64,000 nucleotides of DNA from a virus (Duplodnaviria; Caudoviricetes), in the IMG/VR virus record IMGVR_UViG_3300031555_004710, positions 32,001-96,000 of that record. One strand, given 5' to 3'. The notes beneath the pieces were generated by a model. It did no database searches, had not been told where the DNA came from, and saw only the letters and a list, made by a program, of their open reading frames with translations. The translations under genes were made by a program, and so were the position numbers. This document shows positions 1 to 9,614 of this stretch, in pieces (within the stretch, counting starts at the first letter, position 1; every line of letters begins with the position of its first letter).

Positions 1-242
1 ATAGTTGCAATACCAGCTGCAAACATTTTTGATGAAGTATCGATATTTTTATCATCGAATGATAACTTAGCGGCTCCTATGCAAACACCTGCAACTAAAC
101 CAGCTCCAATTGCTTCTCCTACTGTCAATGCAGTCTTAAAGGTAATTTTTCTTTTTGCTGCTTTTACTTTAGCTTTACATTCAGCTAAATCAATTTCCTG
201 TGCTTTTCCAATAATGCAGATTTTTTCATTTGTGTTTTTCAT
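1..242 (-). CDS. Partial small membrane protein (runs off the window)
   Basis: Not in the ORF track. ATG at 242 with AAAGGAG RBS, frame open to position 1 (MKNTNEKICIIG...AIGAGLVAGVCIGAAK), early motif at 302-309. Confidence 0.75.
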   Translation of the reverse strand, partial: MKNTNEKICIIGKAQEIDLAECKAKVKAAKRKITFKTALTVGEAIGAGLVAGVCIGAAKLSFDDKNIDTSSKMFAAGIAT

Positions 243-337
243 AATTAAATTCTCCTTTGTATTATTATTATTTTATTAATTTGCCTATTGTATTCATAAA
301 AATAATATATTATTTAAAACTATAAATTATACGATTT

Positions 338-1021
338 TTATATAGTTAAAAATGCAGCATATGTGTAAATATTACCAATATCTTCAGATTGTTTAAATTT
401 TAAAACTAATTTATTATCTTCTTCCGATATTATCCTATATCCTACATATGAAGTTTTCTTTAAATCTCCTAAGAATGGTCTAGCTAATAAAATAGATTTG
501 CCATTAACTGAAATTTCACATAATTTTTTATCTAACATATTTTCTATAAAGTCTTCTGATAATTTATTATATTCAGATGAACTTTCTTCACATATAAATT
601 CGTCAATGTTAGAAGAATCCCAATCGGGAATATTGTTATATGTAGCAGATATAATATCATTAATTGCATCTGAATTATTTATTATCGGTACTTTACAAGG
701 GTCCATATCAGGATTTTTTACAACAAGATAATTTACACCGTTATTCGTATCCCATTCAATCTCACTTTTAGTTTTTCGAAACTTTGTATTTATTTTAGAT
801 ATTTCAGGTATTGATAAGAATGAATATAAGAAATTAGAATAATCATATTCTTTATTAAGAATCATATAACTTCTAATTCCAGTAATTAATGACTGCATCA
901 ATATTTTATTATCTGGGAGTAGCATTATATTGGTAGCATGCTGTTTCATTAATCTACATAATGGTATTACCGTTGAATGATAGTTTGATACGATGGTTTT
1001 TGTTATATTTTTTTCAGACAT
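338..1021 (-). CDS. Hypothetical protein (227 aa; weakly sliding-clamp-like)
   Basis: ORF track; start refined to ATG 1021 behind AAGGAGG. Confidence 0.7.
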   Translation of the reverse strand: MSEKNITKTIVSNYHSTVIPLCRLMKQHATNIMLLPDNKILMQSLITGIRSYMILNKEYDYSNFLYSFLSIPEISKINTKFRKTKSEIEWDTNNGVNYLVVKNPDMDPCKVPIINNSDAINDIISATYNNIPDWDSSNIDEFICEESSSEYNKLSEDFIENMLDKKLCEISVNGKSILLARPFLGDLKKTSYVGYRIISEEDNKLVLKFKQSEDIGNIYTYAAFLTI

Positions 1022-1093
1022 GTTTTTATCCTCCTTTTTATTATTCACAAAAATAATACATTATAATAAATAATTTTCAAATAACATCAATAT

Positions 1094-1275
1094 AATGAGG
1101 GAGAGGCTAGAATTTATCCTCCAATAAATCTTGTTAGTATACATGCTGATTTTTTACTAACACTCCTTTAAAATGTAAATTTTACCCATTTGCTCTTTTT
1201 GCACTTTTAACCACATTTAATCTCCCTCAATTATATTAAATCCCTAGTACACTCTTTGCCAAGTGTACTAGGGAT
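1094..1275 (+). ncRNA. Putative late small RNA 1: multibranch structure with anti-SD segments
   Basis: AACA-N6-TA at 1083-1094; closing stem TGAGGGAGA/TCTCCCTCA; internal hairpins; terminator hairpin about 1240-1275; no ORF on +. Confidence 0.6.
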
Positions 1276-1280
1276 ATTTT
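1240..1280. terminator. Bidirectional intrinsic terminator
   Basis: ATCCCTAGTACACT...AGTGTACTAGGGAT stem between convergent units. Confidence 0.8.
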
Positions 1281-1510
1281 TATTTATAGTTTATAATAAA
1301 ATGCAGTTCGTCATTTTCGAGAGTACATGATACATCTTGAATTGAATCTTTTTCATTAAACACTTTATCACAAAAATCCAAGAATTGATGAAAATGCTTA
1401 CATGCAATAGATTCTAATATATTTAATTGTACTCCACTTAGCTCATCGACTGCAAGATGTTTAAAGATTTCGACTCTATCCGCATTTTTGAGCTCCGAAA
1501 TATTTTCCAT
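1280..1510 (-). CDS. Hypothetical protein
   Basis: ORF track; start refined to ATG 1510 behind GAAAGGCGGTG. Confidence 0.65.
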   Translation of the reverse strand: MENISELKNADRVEIFKHLAVDELSGVQLNILESIACKHFHQFLDFCDKVFNEKDSIQDVSCTLENDELHFIINYK

Positions 1511-1559
1511 TTGCAAGCACCGCCTTTCCATGGATTTTTTATGACTGCCCGAAATTCAA

Positions 1560-1790
1560 TCACATTCCTGCAATAGATTGGACAGCGTCCGCTTGAGCAA
1601 CTTTATTATTAGACAACATCTCTCTTCGATGTTCTCTAAGATAACCTAACTCTTTGTACGTCATCTGATAAATATCGTTTAGTGAAAGCTGTCCTCGAAA
1701 TTCGAATAAAACTTCATCTACTAAAGCAAGAAATGTTTTTAATTGTCTATCTCTACCATGGAATCTCGGGCTATCAGAAAAATCAGATTC
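1560..1790 (-). CDS. gp51/gpT-like C-terminal extension in the -1 frame of the upstream gene (probable frameshift product)
   Basis: 76 open codons (…FLALVDEVLFEFRGQLSLNDIYQMTYKELGYLREHRREM…) overlapping the end of 1739-3361, with no upstream ATG or RBS of its own. Confidence 0.6.
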   Translation of the reverse strand, partial: ESDFSDSPRFHGRDRQLKTFLALVDEVLFEFRGQLSLNDIYQMTYKELGYLREHRREMLSNNKVAQADAVQSIAGM

Positions 1791-3361
1791 TCAATGCTAA
1801 CAGGAATCTCACTTGTCTTACCACAAGATGGGCATTTTGATGATAGAATAAATTGAGGAGCATAATATAATTCATCATGAATCTGTTTAGCAAGCATATT
1901 AACATCTTCATTGCTTAAAGTTTTCATAGTTTCAAGCATTAAATCTGTTTCATCTGCTGTAACTTCAACATAGCTATTTTTAGCTTCATTATATACTAAT
2001 ATTCTACTCATATATAATGCAATTGCAGATAAGTATGTCATTACATTATCTTCCTGATTAATACGTTTAAGTAAATCGATAGCTCTAGCTATAGAAGGAT
2101 AAGAAAGATCGTAAATATTATTTGTGAAAGGTGATTTATATCTCTTTACCTTTCTCATATCTTCATATAATTTACGCATTTCAATATCATTACTCTTATT
2201 CTTTAATATACCATCAACTCTATTTTTGAAAGCATCAGTTATCGAATCAAACTTCAATAATGATTTAAGATTGTAAGTCTGTAACCACTGATGCGAGCAT
2301 GATGTACATGTAAGAGAAGTGCTATTTTCTTCCATAGAAGATGCACATAATATACCATAAAGTGCCATATCAATATCCTGATATGGGAATTTATTTGCAA
2401 ACTCATTATATGACATAATGTTTTTACCAGTTCCATCATACTTATGAAGAATATTTCCACCGATGAGTTTTTCATATATTAATGAAGATTTAGTACTAAT
2501 GATTTCATCAATTCTAGCATCTTCATAATTAACTATATTAACCATCTGAATCATCTGTGCGCCTTTAAAGCTAATAAAGTCTCCTAACATAGGCATTGGT
2601 ACAGAATATTTAGAAAGTGAGCCTTCAATACTGGTTATATAATCTGCCTTATGTTCTTCATCAGGACGTTCAATTGTAATATTGGCTAAATCAACATCTT
2701 CTACTACGACAAGACGAACTTTCTTAACTTTTTCAAGTTTCTGATGTTCTTCTTTTGTAAGTCCTAAATTGTTAGGATCGTCTGTTTTATTAATTTCAAT
2801 TACACCAACATCGCTATTAGTTTTACCAGAATTATATTCGTCTGTAAGCTTTTTACGAATCTGTGTATTTGCTGCTGAGTTTGCTTCATCTACAGTGAAT
2901 CCCATTTTAATAATAAGATCTTTCGCTATAGATTCTCTTGTATTTAATAAAGGAAGAGCTCGCTCAATTCTTTCTTCAATTGAAAGGTCTGGCATTATTT
3001 CTTCCAACATATCAAGATCTTCTTGAGATAATCCCGAATTACCAGCTTCAACATCGTTAGCCTTATTTTCTACTTCAGGAATATTAACCATTGGAGTTTC
3101 TAAAGTATCTAAATCTAATCCTATGGCTGTAGGAGTAGGAGTGCTCATAATATCATTGACAAATTGAGCATTGGGCTCACTAGTATTTTCTTTACTAGGA
3201 GGAGCTAATACTACAGGAGTATCTCCAACATAAGTTACGTTTTCATTTCCTTCATCCATATTAGCAAGTTCGGATTCCGGATTATTGTTTTCTAATTCTT
3301 TCGCGTCAACAGATTTTGCAGCATTAATTGCAAGATCTTTTAATGTGTTAGTGTTTTCCAT
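1739..3361 (-). CDS. Baseplate hub / tail assembly chaperone, T4 gp26-like C-terminal domain
   Basis: Two CxxC pairs (CTSC, CPSC), acidic N-terminal extension, directly downstream of a gp25-like gene. Confidence 0.55.
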   Translation of the reverse strand: MENTNTLKDLAINAAKSVDAKELENNNPESELANMDEGNENVTYVGDTPVVLAPPSKENTSEPNAQFVNDIMSTPTPTAIGLDLDTLETPMVNIPEVENKANDVEAGNSGLSQEDLDMLEEIMPDLSIEERIERALPLLNTRESIAKDLIIKMGFTVDEANSAANTQIRKKLTDEYNSGKTNSDVGVIEINKTDDPNNLGLTKEEHQKLEKVKKVRLVVVEDVDLANITIERPDEEHKADYITSIEGSLSKYSVPMPMLGDFISFKGAQMIQMVNIVNYEDARIDEIISTKSSLIYEKLIGGNILHKYDGTGKNIMSYNEFANKFPYQDIDMALYGILCASSMEENSTSLTCTSCSHQWLQTYNLKSLLKFDSITDAFKNRVDGILKNKSNDIEMRKLYEDMRKVKRYKSPFTNNIYDLSYPSIARAIDLLKRINQEDNVMTYLSAIALYMSRILVYNEAKNSYVEVTADETDLMLETMKTLSNEDVNMLAKQIHDELYYAPQFILSSKCPSCGKTSEIPVSIENLIFLIARDSMVEIDN

Positions 3362-3390
3362 AAAATATCATTTCCTTTCTATTTTATATT

Positions 3391-3810
3391 TTACCAAGAA
3401 ACATCAAAATTTAAGAAGTTTCTTTTAGATACGTTAAGTGCTATTGCGGACGTTGCTGTCCCTTCATCCACATTAAAAAATAATTGTATTATCAAAATAG
3501 GTTGCCCATCTTTTTCCATTTTCGAAACATTGACTTGGGATAATGGAATATCTGGAAGATATGTCTGTTGCTGGTTAGTTATAGCAGCAGTTAATTGATC
3601 AATAGCAGTATCCATATACTCATATTGATAATCTTCAATCCCAATACCTAATTCGGGAATAGAAGGATACGTACCAGGTTTGATAAACATCAAATTCAAT
3701 ATTAATTGAGACCAAGCTCCTACAGATGACAACTCTTTGGGTTTATCAAAAGAGTTGATATCAAGTGTAAGTTCGGATTTTCTTGATTCCATTGTACCCG
3801 ATATCTGCAT
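3391..3810 (-). CDS. Baseplate wedge protein, gp25/GPW-like
   Basis: 139 aa with ILNLMFIKPGTYPSIPELGIGI, matching the gp25 L-x-T-x-x-G-E-x-x-x-x-P-x-x-G pattern. Confidence 0.75.
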   Translation of the reverse strand: MQISGTMESRKSELTLDINSFDKPKELSSVGAWSQLILNLMFIKPGTYPSIPELGIGIEDYQYEYMDTAIDQLTAAITNQQQTYLPDIPLSQVNVSKMEKDGQPILIIQLFFNVDEGTATSAIALNVSKRNFLNFDVSW

Positions 3811-3923
3811 ACTTATTTCTCCTTTCTAGGAGTCTAAATTGTTCTATTTGTGATTATAATTTTGTGTAAACGTTCAAAAAAATATATAAAAAAGAAGAGG
3901 GTAAACACCTCTTCTTTTTATTT

Positions 3924-5477
3924 CTATTGGCCATTCTTATAAAGATTTCTAAAATTGTCTACAATCTGTTTTTCGATTTTTCCATCAGTGATTTTTATAT
4001 AAGATTCAAATCTATTATATAAATTTCTAAATAAAATATCAGATGAACTCAAGTAAACTCGCTTATCTTTTCCAGATCCAAAGATATAAACTCTTGCATG
4101 TTCAAGATATTTTCCAACAACAGTTTTACAATTTTTCAACTCTCTATTATGGAATCCTCTTGTGGTTCTCACAATAAGTTTCACATCACATTCGCGACGC
4201 ATTGCTTCTTTCAATAAACTCACAATCAATTTATTGTCTAAATGATTTGTCTGTATCCAGATTCTACCATTTTTACCTTTAGCAATCTCGGTATAAATTT
4301 CATTGGTTATAATATTTGATATTGAAGATAGTACTGGCTGTTCACTATTCCATAATACTGAAAAGTTTCGTTTAATCATATCGGTTACATTTTTCTCACA
4401 TGAAATATAATGATAATCTTTGTAAACTAACGCACTAGTAGCATTATAATTTCCAGTACTAAATACACCAATCGAAGGTGCATCTTTTAATCCAATATAT
4501 ATCATTTTTGCATGAACTTTAATTCCATTATATCTTACTTTGATATCGAGGAATTTATGATCTGCTTCTTTTAATATTTTTTCAAGATATATTATATCCT
4601 GTGAAATTTCACCTCTGGCATTTATTTCAAGATATAATTTACATTTAATCTTGTTCTTAGACGCATTAATTATAGAATCTATAATTGAAGAGTTTGACCC
4701 TAATCGGTATGCAGTAATATATATTGAATCTACTCTATCAGGATAATTTGCAGCCACAGATATCAAATCAGAAATATTCTCAAATGAATCATTTGGAACA
4801 TTTATGAGAACTGGTTTTGGGATAAATTCTGGATTATATCCATTAATAAATGACATAAAGTCATCTGACTTACACTTATCACCGTCAGAATAACATTTAT
4901 GCGAATTAGATGCTTCCCCAAATATATTAATAACCTTTAAAGGAAGATATATTATAATATCATTAGTTGGAGTTATTATAGCTATATCATCTTCATTGTT
5001 ACGTGATACTATACCTGTCTCATAAATACGAGGATAATTAAATCGAGTGTAGTATCTGTCTGTATCAATATTTTGTGTCTGAGCTATTGATAAATCTCTT
5101 TCTATTATATCGTAATTAATATCTATATAATCAAAGGGATTTTCTATCATTGTATATTTATATAAATCAATACTTATACTATTAGGACGTACATCATCAT
5201 ATATTTCATCACATTTTTTATAAATAGCTTTAAGATTCCTAATAAATAATTTGAAAGCAGATTTCAATTTATATTTATATGGATCAGTCTGAGCTCTCGC
5301 AATGGCTTCACAAGAATTTTTATACGCGATTAATACAAAATTGGCTCTAAGTTCTCTTGGGTAATTATCATTATTTGCTTCCTTAAGAACTTTTAATGCG
5401 AAATCAAATGCGCTATCTGTACGACAATCTACCACCCAAGTCTTTTTACTAGCGCCTTTCTTTTTATCTTTTTTCAT
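3924..5477 (-). CDS. ppk1: Polyphosphate kinase 1-like protein (shortened)
   Basis: PPK1 motifs YITAYRLGSNSSIIDS, LEINAR, KVHAK, TGNYN, GKYLEHARVYIF, SSSDILFRNLYNRFE. Confidence 0.85.
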   Translation of the reverse strand: MKKDKKKGASKKTWVVDCRTDSAFDFALKVLKEANNDNYPRELRANFVLIAYKNSCEAIARAQTDPYKYKLKSAFKLFIRNLKAIYKKCDEIYDDVRPNSISIDLYKYTMIENPFDYIDINYDIIERDLSIAQTQNIDTDRYYTRFNYPRIYETGIVSRNNEDDIAIITPTNDIIIYLPLKVINIFGEASNSHKCYSDGDKCKSDDFMSFINGYNPEFIPKPVLINVPNDSFENISDLISVAANYPDRVDSIYITAYRLGSNSSIIDSIINASKNKIKCKLYLEINARGEISQDIIYLEKILKEADHKFLDIKVRYNGIKVHAKMIYIGLKDAPSIGVFSTGNYNATSALVYKDYHYISCEKNVTDMIKRNFSVLWNSEQPVLSSISNIITNEIYTEIAKGKNGRIWIQTNHLDNKLIVSLLKEAMRRECDVKLIVRTTRGFHNRELKNCKTVVGKYLEHARVYIFGSGKDKRVYLSSSDILFRNLYNRFESYIKITDGKIEKQIVDNFRNLYKNGQ

Positions 5478-5510
5478 TGTACATCATATCCTTTCATTTT
5501 ATTCATGTAA

Positions 5511-5518
5511 ATAATATA
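5511..5518 (-). promoter_or_regulatory. Early promoter motif TATATTAT (representative copy)
   Basis: Same motif at 302, 21991, 22544, 36207, 55484, 56292, 59394 (-) and 63809 (+); resembles the phiKZ early TATATTAC. Confidence 0.7.
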
Positions 5519-5551
5519 CGAATAAAAAATGATTCTTAAATGATGGATTTT

Positions 5552-5563
5552 AACAATTTTGTA
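5552..5563 (+). promoter_or_regulatory. Late promoter AACA-N6-TA (representative copy)
   Basis: Same motif at 1083, 7422, 13409, 15801, 31211, 36275, 59455 (+) and 23786, 27405, 31184, 32822, 42914, 54810 (-). Confidence 0.8.
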
Positions 5564-5594
5564 ATATTTAGACTAGATTACTCTATAGGAAGGA

Positions 5595-7358
5595 GTGATA
5601 TTTGTGGATGGAATTATATCATTAGCTAATGGCTCATCGAGTAGTTTATATGGCTGCATTGGTTGTGCTGTTAAGGATATGATTATTTCTAAATTTCCAA
5701 GTAATTATTTTAAATATACTTCAGTTTCATCTGAACTTGCTACAAGAAATATACGTAGAACTTTTGGTGGAAGTAACTCAACAGCTGAAATAGTTAAGAG
5801 AGTTAAACCATATTTAGTTATTCAACCAACGTATTCTGTAATGGATCAAGATGGTCCTTTACAAAGTATTCCTTTAACAAAAAACTTTGATGACCTACAA
5901 TATCGTACGGATAAACGATATCTATTTGAAGTTATACGAGATAAAAAGAACGGTTATAATCTCAAATTTAAATTGAATAGAGATAGGATTGAATTCAATG
6001 TAACTGTTACGGTAAGCACATTGCATCAACAGCTAGATATTTATAGAACTATCCTAAACCAAATGATATGGGATAGATCCTTTTCATATAGAATGGCGTT
6101 GGAATCTGTAATTCCGAAGAAAATGATTGCAATAATGTCAAAATACTGTGGAATGGATTTGGAGCAGAATGAGGAATATATTCCTATTTTATTAAAGAGA
6201 TTAAATTCCTGCTCAGGATATCCTATCACATATAAACTTAGAAATGCTAGTGCTACAGATGAATGGTTTATGTATTACACACATAATGTAATAATGACTT
6301 TCACTGATTTAGAACTAGAAAGTGGTAATAAGAAAAACATGACTGATGACTATTATAATATCACATTCAGGGTTACAGCAGAGTTTAATCTGCCAGGTGT
6401 ATATATGATAGATGGTAGCATTGATCAGTTAAATGCAATTGATATTACTTTAAGAACTAAAGAATATCAGGAAGAAAATGATTCATATTTTCCATTGTAT
6501 TCAGTCAATAATTTATATTCTAGATTTCCTGCGGAAATGAATGGTATGCAATTGTATGGAACTACAATTTTTCAAACTACTGCTGAAAAAGGTCAACTAG
6601 AAGATAGAATTAATATTACGTCCGTATTAGATAATGACCATATTAGAGTTATTCGAGCTCATAACACATGGAATATGGAACCTAGCACGTTATTAAATGC
6701 ATATGTATTAAAAGATGGCGAGCTACTGCAATCAGAAAAAGATTATCACATTGATTGGAATACACTCGACATCGTTGTTACTAATATAGATAACACATCT
6801 ACATATCGACTGATACTATATTTCAATTATGATACAGTAAATGAAATACTTAATAATACGGCATATGATCGTAACTTCGATATAAATACTCTTAAAGAAA
6901 ATAGATTTCCAGATACAGGTCTTGCATCGGGAGAAACTGATATCTATGATAGTGTCAGTGATACAGAAATCCATAATGATAATATATATGATGAAAGTAA
7001 TATCCCTGAAGACGATACTGATTATTCAGATAATGTTATATTAGAGCCGGATCCAACATATGATGCAGACGATCATGTAATTGAAGACCCAGACCTAATA
7101 TTATACAATAATAGAGTTATTCTTAATTCGGATGATAATAGAACTAAGCAAGTATCATCTGAAATCTTTTTAGAAGGTCATGTAGATGAAAATGTTGAAG
7201 ACCCTACAATTCTTGAGGATGACCCAACTTATGATGCAAATGAAGATCATGGAGTAGACATTAATTCAATTTCTATCGCTGCATTAGACGATGCTACTAC
7301 TGCAGATATTCACAATTCATCAGTTAGTACTAAGAAAAGATTTTCATCATCAATTTAA
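5595..7358 (+). CDS. Putative virion structural protein with acidic repeat tail
   Basis: Late promoter 5552-5563, strong RBS, heads the tail cluster; function inferred from context. Confidence 0.55.
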   Translation: MIFVDGIISLANGSSSSLYGCIGCAVKDMIISKFPSNYFKYTSVSSELATRNIRRTFGGSNSTAEIVKRVKPYLVIQPTYSVMDQDGPLQSIPLTKNFDDLQYRTDKRYLFEVIRDKKNGYNLKFKLNRDRIEFNVTVTVSTLHQQLDIYRTILNQMIWDRSFSYRMALESVIPKKMIAIMSKYCGMDLEQNEEYIPILLKRLNSCSGYPITYKLRNASATDEWFMYYTHNVIMTFTDLELESGNKKNMTDDYYNITFRVTAEFNLPGVYMIDGSIDQLNAIDITLRTKEYQEENDSYFPLYSVNNLYSRFPAEMNGMQLYGTTIFQTTAEKGQLEDRINITSVLDNDHIRVIRAHNTWNMEPSTLLNAYVLKDGELLQSEKDYHIDWNTLDIVVTNIDNTSTYRLILYFNYDTVNEILNNTAYDRNFDINTLKENRFPDTGLASGETDIYDSVSDTEIHNDNIYDESNIPEDDTDYSDNVILEPDPTYDADDHVIEDPDLILYNNRVILNSDDNRTKQVSSEIFLEGHVDENVEDPTILEDDPTYDANEDHGVDINSISIAALDDATTADIHNSSVSTKKRFSSSI

Positions 7359-7362
7359 TAAT

Positions 7363-7396
7363 AAAATGAGTAGATTTTAAATCTACTCATTTTTTA
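7363..7396 (+). terminator. Intrinsic terminator
   Basis: AAAATGAGTAGATTT/AAATCTACTCATTTT followed by a T-tract. Confidence 0.75.
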
Positions 7397-7478
7397 TCTT
7401 TACTAGGTACTGCTCAATTTTAACAATCGATTAATACATTTTTATCCATTTAATTATTATCGAAAGGAGGTAAAAAAC

Positions 7479-8354
7479 ATGCCGCTTTATACACCACAAG
7501 AAGTATTACCAATTTATCCTACCTACACAACTATTGTGAAAGATGGGGTAAAGTATAAAGCATATTTCGAAACAGATTGGCATCAGGTTATAACTGAAGA
7601 CGGTGTTCCTTTATGTGAACTTCTTCAATCAATGCCATCTATTAATGCTGATAATATGTATAAATACTGCGGAATTTTTAAATCCTCTCCGCAGAAAACA
7701 GCAATAGATCAATTATATGAACTATCTAATCAAAATACTGGAGACGTTTATTTAATTGAAACTGACATGTTAGTTGATGGTGGATATGTGTGTGAAGCTT
7801 ATGTTTGGCTCGGTAATGAACCTGGATGGGTTTATTGTGGGACAACTAATAGAAAAGCTTCAATAAATAGAGACCTTCCAGAAGTAGTAAAATTATTTCC
7901 AAGTGAAGTTGGTGAACCTGGGCAGATCCTAGTAATCGGGGATGATGGTAAATCAATTACTTGGGGGACTATTTCTGAAATTTCTACAGATGGTCACAAT
8001 AGTGACCCAGATGCACATCCATCATTACAAAAAGATATAGAATTAAAAGCTGATAAACTTAGAATTTTTAATGACATATTAAAAACTAATTCATGGGTTT
8101 ATAGTGAAGCTAACCAATGCTTTGAATATCTTTATCAGAGTGAAAAATTGCCATTAAGTTCTTACTTTGAATTAACTGCAATAGTTAATTCAGATGAGGA
8201 TTCAAAGATAATGGCAGGTGCATCAATTTCACCTGTATATAAAATACAATACGGTGAAAATAAGATCCCTTATACAATATTAAGGGCAAAACATGTACCA
8301 AATGCAGATATAGGTATCTGTGTAAAAGTATTTGGTACTTATAACGAAATCTAA
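7479..8354 (+). CDS. Tail-fibre-associated protein
   Basis: Late promoter 7422-7433; GQILVIGDDGKSITW and HNSDPDAH fibre motifs. Confidence 0.6.
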   Translation: MPLYTPQEVLPIYPTYTTIVKDGVKYKAYFETDWHQVITEDGVPLCELLQSMPSINADNMYKYCGIFKSSPQKTAIDQLYELSNQNTGDVYLIETDMLVDGGYVCEAYVWLGNEPGWVYCGTTNRKASINRDLPEVVKLFPSEVGEPGQILVIGDDGKSITWGTISEISTDGHNSDPDAHPSLQKDIELKADKLRIFNDILKTNSWVYSEANQCFEYLYQSEKLPLSSYFELTAIVNSDEDSKIMAGASISPVYKIQYGENKIPYTILRAKHVPNADIGICVKVFGTYNEI

Positions 8355-8395
8355 TCACATAAATATATAATTTTAAAAGAAGGAGTGAAATAAAA

Positions 8396-9592
8396 ATGGC
8401 TTCTATTTTTGGATCTTTCAGCCTTCCAGTTCCTGAGGCTGAAAAAATTAATATGTATCCTCTTACTAAAACAAGTCTGGATACAACAGATGATAGTCTT
8501 TTACAGACAATTACTACACCTGTACAAGGCGATATTGCAGTAATCGATACTGTATTAACAATCACAAAAGAAGATGATACTACTGAACAAAAAAATGTTA
8601 ATAAAGCTGCATACATGTGGAATGGAACCCAGTGGGTTGCATTAAACGGTAATGTTGAAGCAAATAAAGTAATCCTTACATCTGACATAACAATGGCAGG
8701 TAACTATACTCAGGTTGGTAACCTTACTAAAACACAGACTGGTACTGCAACATTTGCTACAAAAGGTATGTCTGTTGCTAGTGCTTTATCAGAAATTTTC
8801 TCTAAGAGACTTCAGCCTTCTATAACAGCTGACCCTAGTCTTGGCACTGTTACAGTTTCTAAATCTGGAACAGTTGAAGTTGGTACAGTTGTAGAATCTG
8901 TAACAATTTCTGCAGTTACTTTTAGTGCTGGTACTTACTCATATGGACCTGCTACAGGAGTTACAGTTTCATCTTGGAAAACTGAAAGAGTTACCACAAA
9001 AGGTTCTGCAACAGCAACTACTGAAGTTACTGGTGCTGGTGCTGGTGGTGCAGTTACAGATAATGGTCCTTTCACAATTGGTGACCAGGATACAGAATAT
9101 AAATCTATTTCTTACAAAGTAAGTGCTACTTATGGAGATGGCGTATTAGCAAACGATAACCTTGGAGATCCTTGTACTAATAATACTAAGATCACTGGTA
9201 CAACTATTTCTAAAACTTCTAGTGCTATAACTCCTTTCCGTAAATATTTCTATGGAGCATTAACAACCGTTCCTGCTACAATTGACTCAGATTTCATTCG
9301 TGATAATCTTACTCATTCTACTGGAGCATGGTCTAACGGTAAGAAACAAGATATTACAATTCCTGAAGGTGCTAAAATTGTAGTTATTGCATATCCTGCA
9401 ACTTTCAATGATCTTTCTATGATTTGTGATAAAGCTGCATTCGGTACCGATATACTTGGTAGTAGCTTTAATAAAGAAACTATCGCAGTTGAAGGTGCTA
9501 ATGACTATCACGCTATAAACTATAAAGTATATGTGTATAAACCTGACACTGCTCTTGGAGCAAACACATATAACGTAAACTATAAGGCGTAA
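8396..9592 (+). CDS. Virion structural / tail appendage protein (Thr/Gly-rich, Ig-like)
   Basis: Composition and position in the fibre operon. Confidence 0.6.
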   Translation: MASIFGSFSLPVPEAEKINMYPLTKTSLDTTDDSLLQTITTPVQGDIAVIDTVLTITKEDDTTEQKNVNKAAYMWNGTQWVALNGNVEANKVILTSDITMAGNYTQVGNLTKTQTGTATFATKGMSVASALSEIFSKRLQPSITADPSLGTVTVSKSGTVEVGTVVESVTISAVTFSAGTYSYGPATGVTVSSWKTERVTTKGSATATTEVTGAGAGGAVTDNGPFTIGDQDTEYKSISYKVSATYGDGVLANDNLGDPCTNNTKITGTTISKTSSAITPFRKYFYGALTTVPATIDSDFIRDNLTHSTGAWSNGKKQDITIPEGAKIVVIAYPATFNDLSMICDKAAFGTDILGSSFNKETIAVEGANDYHAINYKVYVYKPDTALGANTYNVNYKA

Positions 9593-9614
9593 AGGTGAAA
9601 GGAGGTAATTAAAT

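Noticed and set aside
79-279. 66-aa + strand ORF and the many other short ORFs nested in or antisense to long genes
   Set aside because: Shadow frames without an RBS; the real gene here is the minus-strand ORF starting at 242
1061-1144. 27-aa minus-strand ORF (MYTNKIYW…) as the explanation for the SD-like text in sRNA 1
   Set aside because: The SD is about 18 nt from the ATG, and the ORF lies just past a terminator with no evident promoter; not fully excluded
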